This document shows, in pieces, positions 58,776 to 64,000 of a DNA stretch of 64,000 nt. Each line of letters starts with the position of its first letter. The stretch's first letter is position 1. The notes below the pieces were generated by a model. It saw only the letters and a program-made list of their open reading frames with translations. It was not told the DNA's origin and ran no database searches. Where the stretch lies: the NCBI RefSeq assembly GCF_022539665.2, contig NC_081334.1, positions 806,001-870,000 of the forward strand. Direction: 5' to 3'. This stretch comes from Daphnia carinata. Taxonomy: Eukaryota. The position numbers and the translations under genes were made by a program.

Positions 58776-61700
58776 ATGCAACGCTCGCGCTTGTTGTTGC
58801 TTTGTGCGATCGTATCGACGCTGTCTGGCACCCTTGCTGGGCCGGTCGATCAACCGAATGCACAACGGGCTCAGTTGTCTTTGCAAACGTCTCATTCATT
58901 TGGATTGTGCAATGATTCACGATGCTCGTGCAATGATTCTTCGCACGGAATGGCCAACGTCATCTGTCAATGCTCACCCCAGGATCAGGTAATGAAACGT
59001 TAATGCCTTGCCTAAACAGCATCTTCCTTAAGGACCCACATTTCAAAAGAAAATGAGACTGGCGAGCAACGTCAGTTTCTGAGAATGTACCGTTTCGAAA
59101 CGATTGATTACGCATAGTTGACGGCTAGCCAAATAGTGCGAAAGACAGGGAAAAGTGCAACCTGAAAGAATGGTAAAGATTGGCAATAAGAATTGAGGGG
59201 AATAGTGGGGTTGATATAGTTAGTGCACTTAATAGTATTCGATTTGATAACTCGAAATTCCATGAATAATGCATGACTGAAAGAGAAACCAAAAGCCATT
59301 TATGTCGGGTGTTACACAAGGCGAACGTGCGTCGTTTAACAGATTTTGTTTAAAACGAAAAATAATTTAGAATGAGACTATTGCGTTTTTCAATAGAAAC
59401 CTTTATCTTCCAATTCATTCACCTGAGCTGGACTCGATAACATCGCACACAAAAAGAGGCATAGAACCGTGTCCGAGATTGACGCGGTCCGTGACGACCC
59501 TTGCTCAACAGTTAACAACCATCAGTGTGAAACGTGTAACACAGAACAGTGGGGTCCACCGATAAAGGAATCAATGGTCGTGCTGAGTTAACTATCAGGT
59601 TGGTCGTCAAGGTCGCCATTTGATTATTCGGAATGGGAAATATAAAGCAATACAACGAGCTCGCAAGATCGTTGCAAAACAATGAGACTCCCAGGGCCCA
59701 CAGGTGACGCCTTTTATGGTGAGGCACAGAAGCTCACGCTTAGCATACAATATTATAGTTGTTGTTTAGGAGCTGTTCTTTTTCATCCCCCAAAAAATTA
59801 ACAACAGTGAAAAGGATAATTTTCTAGTTGCCAAGGCAAACCCTTTCTTTTCAATCAAAAAGTATCATGTTTAACGTAATTTGAGTTATGAATAACGCAC
59901 ATCGGCAGACCAAAGAAAGTAAAAGTCAAGAGTGTTATTGTTTTTATGTTAAAAAAAAAAACAATGAAAGAAAATAGTCAATAAAACATATCAAGTGTTC
60001 TTAGAAGAAAAAGGGAAAAATAAGAAAGGCTATCTGTTGTCGATCGATTTCCGGATTGAATAACATCCGGGGAGAGGTCGTTAGACTAGAATGTTTCTAC
60101 AAACTACATAGACATTCCTGGGCTATTTCTAGTTTCCAAAAAAAATCCAGAATAAAACATTGGGAGAGGGGAGAAAAGCGTGTGTGGGATGTTTAACCAC
60201 GTCTTTGAGCCAAGTTATGCGCGTGACCGATTTACTGTTACCGGAAGTTCTTGAATTTTGAGGTTATCATTGGAATATCATAAATCAATTTCGTTTTTTT
60301 TTTTTTGTGTGAGGTGAAATTCTTGCACCGGCTTTAGAAACAGACAATGCAACCGAAATAAATTAGTGGCTGTCAGTTAAAGAGAAATAAAAAGAAAAGT
60401 TGGGTAATTCAGTCTCGCAAACCAAAAGGCGTTTTCGAGCCCCAACTTATTGCTCTGTCACGAATAGAAGGACGTTCGATCCTATTCGGCGGCTAACACA
60501 GGCATATTATTTTTCCCTCTTTTATAGCCACAAGTTGTACAGAATATTTAATCATCAAAGTTTGAAGGCTATTTCCATGAAGAATTGAATCCAGTGCGTG
60601 ATCGCCTTTTTGGTTGAAAACGTACATCTTATTACTCACGGTTCTACACGAAAAAAAAAAACAAACTAAAAGCTTATGAAGAATTCATTTGTTGGGACGA
60701 TCGCTCATAAATCAAAGCTCATGATAACTCTGTTAGGTGTCAATGGAGATGCACGTATACCCTTATAGAATTTATACGTGCCATGCAACCCAAATCATTT
60801 CATCCATCATCAGATAATCCTTAGACATGAAGCTTTTAAGTCGAAAAAAACTTGTTTCAACAAAGGAAAGAGATTCTTCTTATTTTTTTTTTTTCCTATC
60901 CGAATTCAGTAACCAGCCGGATGAGCACGCCCCAAATTTCTGATTGTAAAAGCTTATACTTTCATATTTCTTAACCCTCCCCCCCCCTCTTAGCCAATGT
61001 AACTTTCTTTGAAACTGTTCAAGACTATAACTACCACACATTTGTTGCTGTTGTCTCTCGTCGCGCTTTTCATGTGCTCACTGATTAGATTACGACCATC
61101 GAAATTCTTTGATACGTTTAACACATCAAGAAACTAGTCTGGTCACTTCATGGATGACGGCTGAAAGTATGGGAAACTCAAAACCCGTTTTGATATCAGG
61201 TTCATTTTGGGCAGCCGGAAATGCAATAGAAATCCCCCTAAAAAATAAAGAAGGAAATGGTTGGCTGATTGAAACAATCACTGTTTTTACTTGATCTTAT
61301 TTGTTCCTTTGCTGGGGGGTTGGATCTAAACAGGAAGCAACGCTAGACATTCATAAGACGTCAGTGCCGCCTAACGTCTCTAGTGTAGTGATCCGAAGTT
61401 GTCGCAGCGTGATCGTTCACGAAGCCGGATTCAAACACTTGAGCCATCTGTCCAACGTGACTGTAGAAGACGTCGGCGAAGTTGTCTTTCATCCAGCATC
61501 GTTCAATCAGACACACGTATGCAAAATATTCAATCCAACTGCCGTGTGTTCAATCCTATTAATTTCCTAATTATTTTTGTACAGGTCGTTAAAGCAGCGA
61601 CTGTGATCATCGGTAGATGTCGCCAATTAACAATCAAAAGCGGTGCTTTTTTGAGCCATCCACTTAAACCCGTCGCCCTTTCATCCTCGCATTGCCATAG

Positions 61701-64000
61701 TGTGCGCATTGAGGAATCCGCATTTTCACGTCTCAGTCGGCTGACGTTGAGCAACGTCCAGTCGTTGCACCTGGCCTCGCTGGCTTTCCGCTTCGCTACC
61801 GCTAGTCCAGTTGATGGAGACCACATCCGATCTGAGATCGTCATTGAACATGCCAACATGACAGGTTCCGTTAGTTTTTTTAAAATTCATTTCCGACATT
61901 TCTTTTTTGCATCAAATTTCAAAATTTTATTTTATTTTGTTTTTACTTTTTTTTTTAGAAATAAAAAGTTTCACATTTCCGTCACCGTTGGACAGACTTG
62001 TGCTGGACAACGTGACCGTGACGGGCCAAATCCAATCGAATGCCACTTCGGCATTACGCATCGTTCAGCTAAGCATCCACGGCTCACGAATCGGTTCGAT
62101 CGCAGGTGGCGCGTTCAGCGAATTCACGCACCTCGATTCGCTCGAAATGCGATACACTTCGATAGGTGACATAGACGAGCGTGCATTTTCATCGGCCGCT
62201 TCGTCGTTTATTATGGAAGTCTGCCAAATAGGACGCATGAATCGAAGTGCCTTGTCTATGCCCGTCGCACGCGTAACCCTACATTCCAATCAAATCAACG
62301 TGCTTTCCACCGGTGCCATTTACCTACGTGAATGGAACGAACTGCTAATCGAAAACAACACCGTGACGCTTGTCGAACGTCACGCGTTCTACAACATCGG
62401 TGAGCCTAAACTTCTCCCGTCTCCGAAAGCCGAACGGGACGTCCGTTTCGTCATACGGTACAACAACTTCCAGCAAGTGGAACAGGGCGCTTTTGTTATC
62501 AGCGCTCAGGTACCCCAACTGAAATTGGAGGCGAATTCTTTCCAGCAAGTGTGCGATTGTCAAATGGCAGGATGGGCCGCTCAACTGACTCAAATCACTC
62601 GCATAGCAGAGACCACAACGTCCGCCTCTTTCATCGAAGACTCTGTTCCTGATGCCCTATGGCTCGGCTCGTCATTGTTCAACAGTAGTTTATGTTGGTT
62701 GGATCAGATAGCCACGGAATGTTTGGACCTGTCCCAACCGCAATTTCTATCCATGAACAATTACACGGAAGAGTTTTGCTCCGACGCACGTGAGACCGAA
62801 CTGAGCCGCTGCGTGGCCACCAGACGTGCACTGCTGGACGTCAGCCGAATAATCGAGTTCGACATTGAAGATGGCAGTGTAACAAAACTAGTTGGCTTCA
62901 GTTCACGACAAGATTTGGTGATGATCATCGTTCTTGGAGCGCTCTCTGCTTGCGTCTTATTGGCCGTCTGCCTGGGCATGGCCATTATCCGCTTTAAGAG
63001 CAAAACACGTCGTCAGAATCGCGGACGTAAAGCTGCGTCGGATGACGAACGAGTCACGTGTTCACCTTTGATTCCCAATGTGGAGAAACAATTGGGAAGC
63101 GGAGTCGTTTCGTCCGGCTCCATTTCACGTCTGTCCGTCAAGGAGTACCGAAATTATTTGGAAGAGCTCGGACCGATTTATTCGGAACCGCTGGATCCTC
63201 CGAATCCAAGCGGATGGCAAGCCTTAGCCAGTCATTCGGTTCCACCGGCCATTCCAACCATGCCTAGCCAATGGACACCGAAAACAACGGCCAAAATCGA
63301 GGACACCGACAGGCAAACGATGGACCGAGGTACGCAGACGAACACGAAAATCCCGGAATCTGTGGATTCATCCGAAAACATGGATGAAGGAGACCCACCG
63401 TCTAGTCTGGCCCTCGAGTTCACTCAGGATGTCATGGCGGCCCTACGAGACAAGATGGAAGTTTCCCCTCTGTACAGCGAAGTCAAAGATTCAGTTGTCA
63501 CGAAGGAAAAAAACATTCCGCCGTCGGAAGGAGGTGATGCGACGCCTGAACTCTACGATCTCATTAGAGTGGTAGATGGCGATCAAAGACCGTCTACGTC
63601 CTCCGCCAAGTCGGAGCATATCTACTGCAAACCGTGGAGCGCTGATCAATCGGAGAGTCGACTTCCATCTGTGGATGACGCAGCATCCATCGAGCTTAAA
63701 ATGGAAGACAAACAGCCATCCGATAGCCAATCAGCTGCTGGGTTAAAGAACGTTCCAGCTTCGAAAAATCAGCCTTTTCATGTGCGTGGATCTGTTCCTA
63801 AATGGCCCCCTCCAGCAAGAGAAGACAAGCTGGCCAACCGAAACAACACTGAACCGAGAATCACATCCGCCTCGTCCATCAAAGATGCCAAACCTCCGCC
63901 TTGGAGAAATTCATCTCGGCCGGCCCCAAAGAAATCACCAACTACGTCGTCTGGCACTCCGGCTGCTTCCGCCAAAACAAAGTCTTCCCCAAACCAATCG
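58776..64000 (+). CDS. Single-pass membrane protein with LRR-like ectodomain, 3'-truncated; exons 58776-58988, 61334-61516, 61585-61864, 61959->64000
   Basis: Signal peptide MQRSRLLLLCAIVSTLSG, Cys-rich cap (LCNDSRCSC...ICQC), repeated I..AF..L..L.L.N units, LRRCT-like NSFQQVCDCQMAGW, TM LVMIIVLGALSACVLLAVCLGMAII followed by RFKSK. The last exon appears open to the window end. Confidence 0.85.

Overview
Eukaryotic, AT-rich, intron-dense arthropod-type DNA. The ~60-70 nt introns, long homopolymer runs and presence of MSH5 suggest a crustacean such as Daphnia; this is inference only. 1.4-20.8 kb is a compact gene cluster: MSH5 (+), Ras (-), RSK (+), CDC26 (+), ATE1 (-), TMEM135 (+), SYF2 (-). 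21-29.5 kb is an accessory island holding an inverted degenerate copy of a TMEM135 intron/exon piece, a 390-bp hAT-type MITE, and a ~5.3-kb palindromic TIR-bounded element. That element has two decayed paralogous genes pointing inward, ~500-bp near-identical hairpin-rich inverted repeats and three tRNA-like cassettes at its centre; it is the most unusual structure in the window. 32.6-45.3 kb is FoxO (-) with a 9.4-kb intron rich in regulatory motifs. Further right are an intronless 593-aa signal-anchored tandem-repeat ORF, a TA-flanked ~970-bp MITE and the 5' part of an LRR-like single-pass receptor gene that runs off the window. Exon boundaries were read by eye and no database searches were run.
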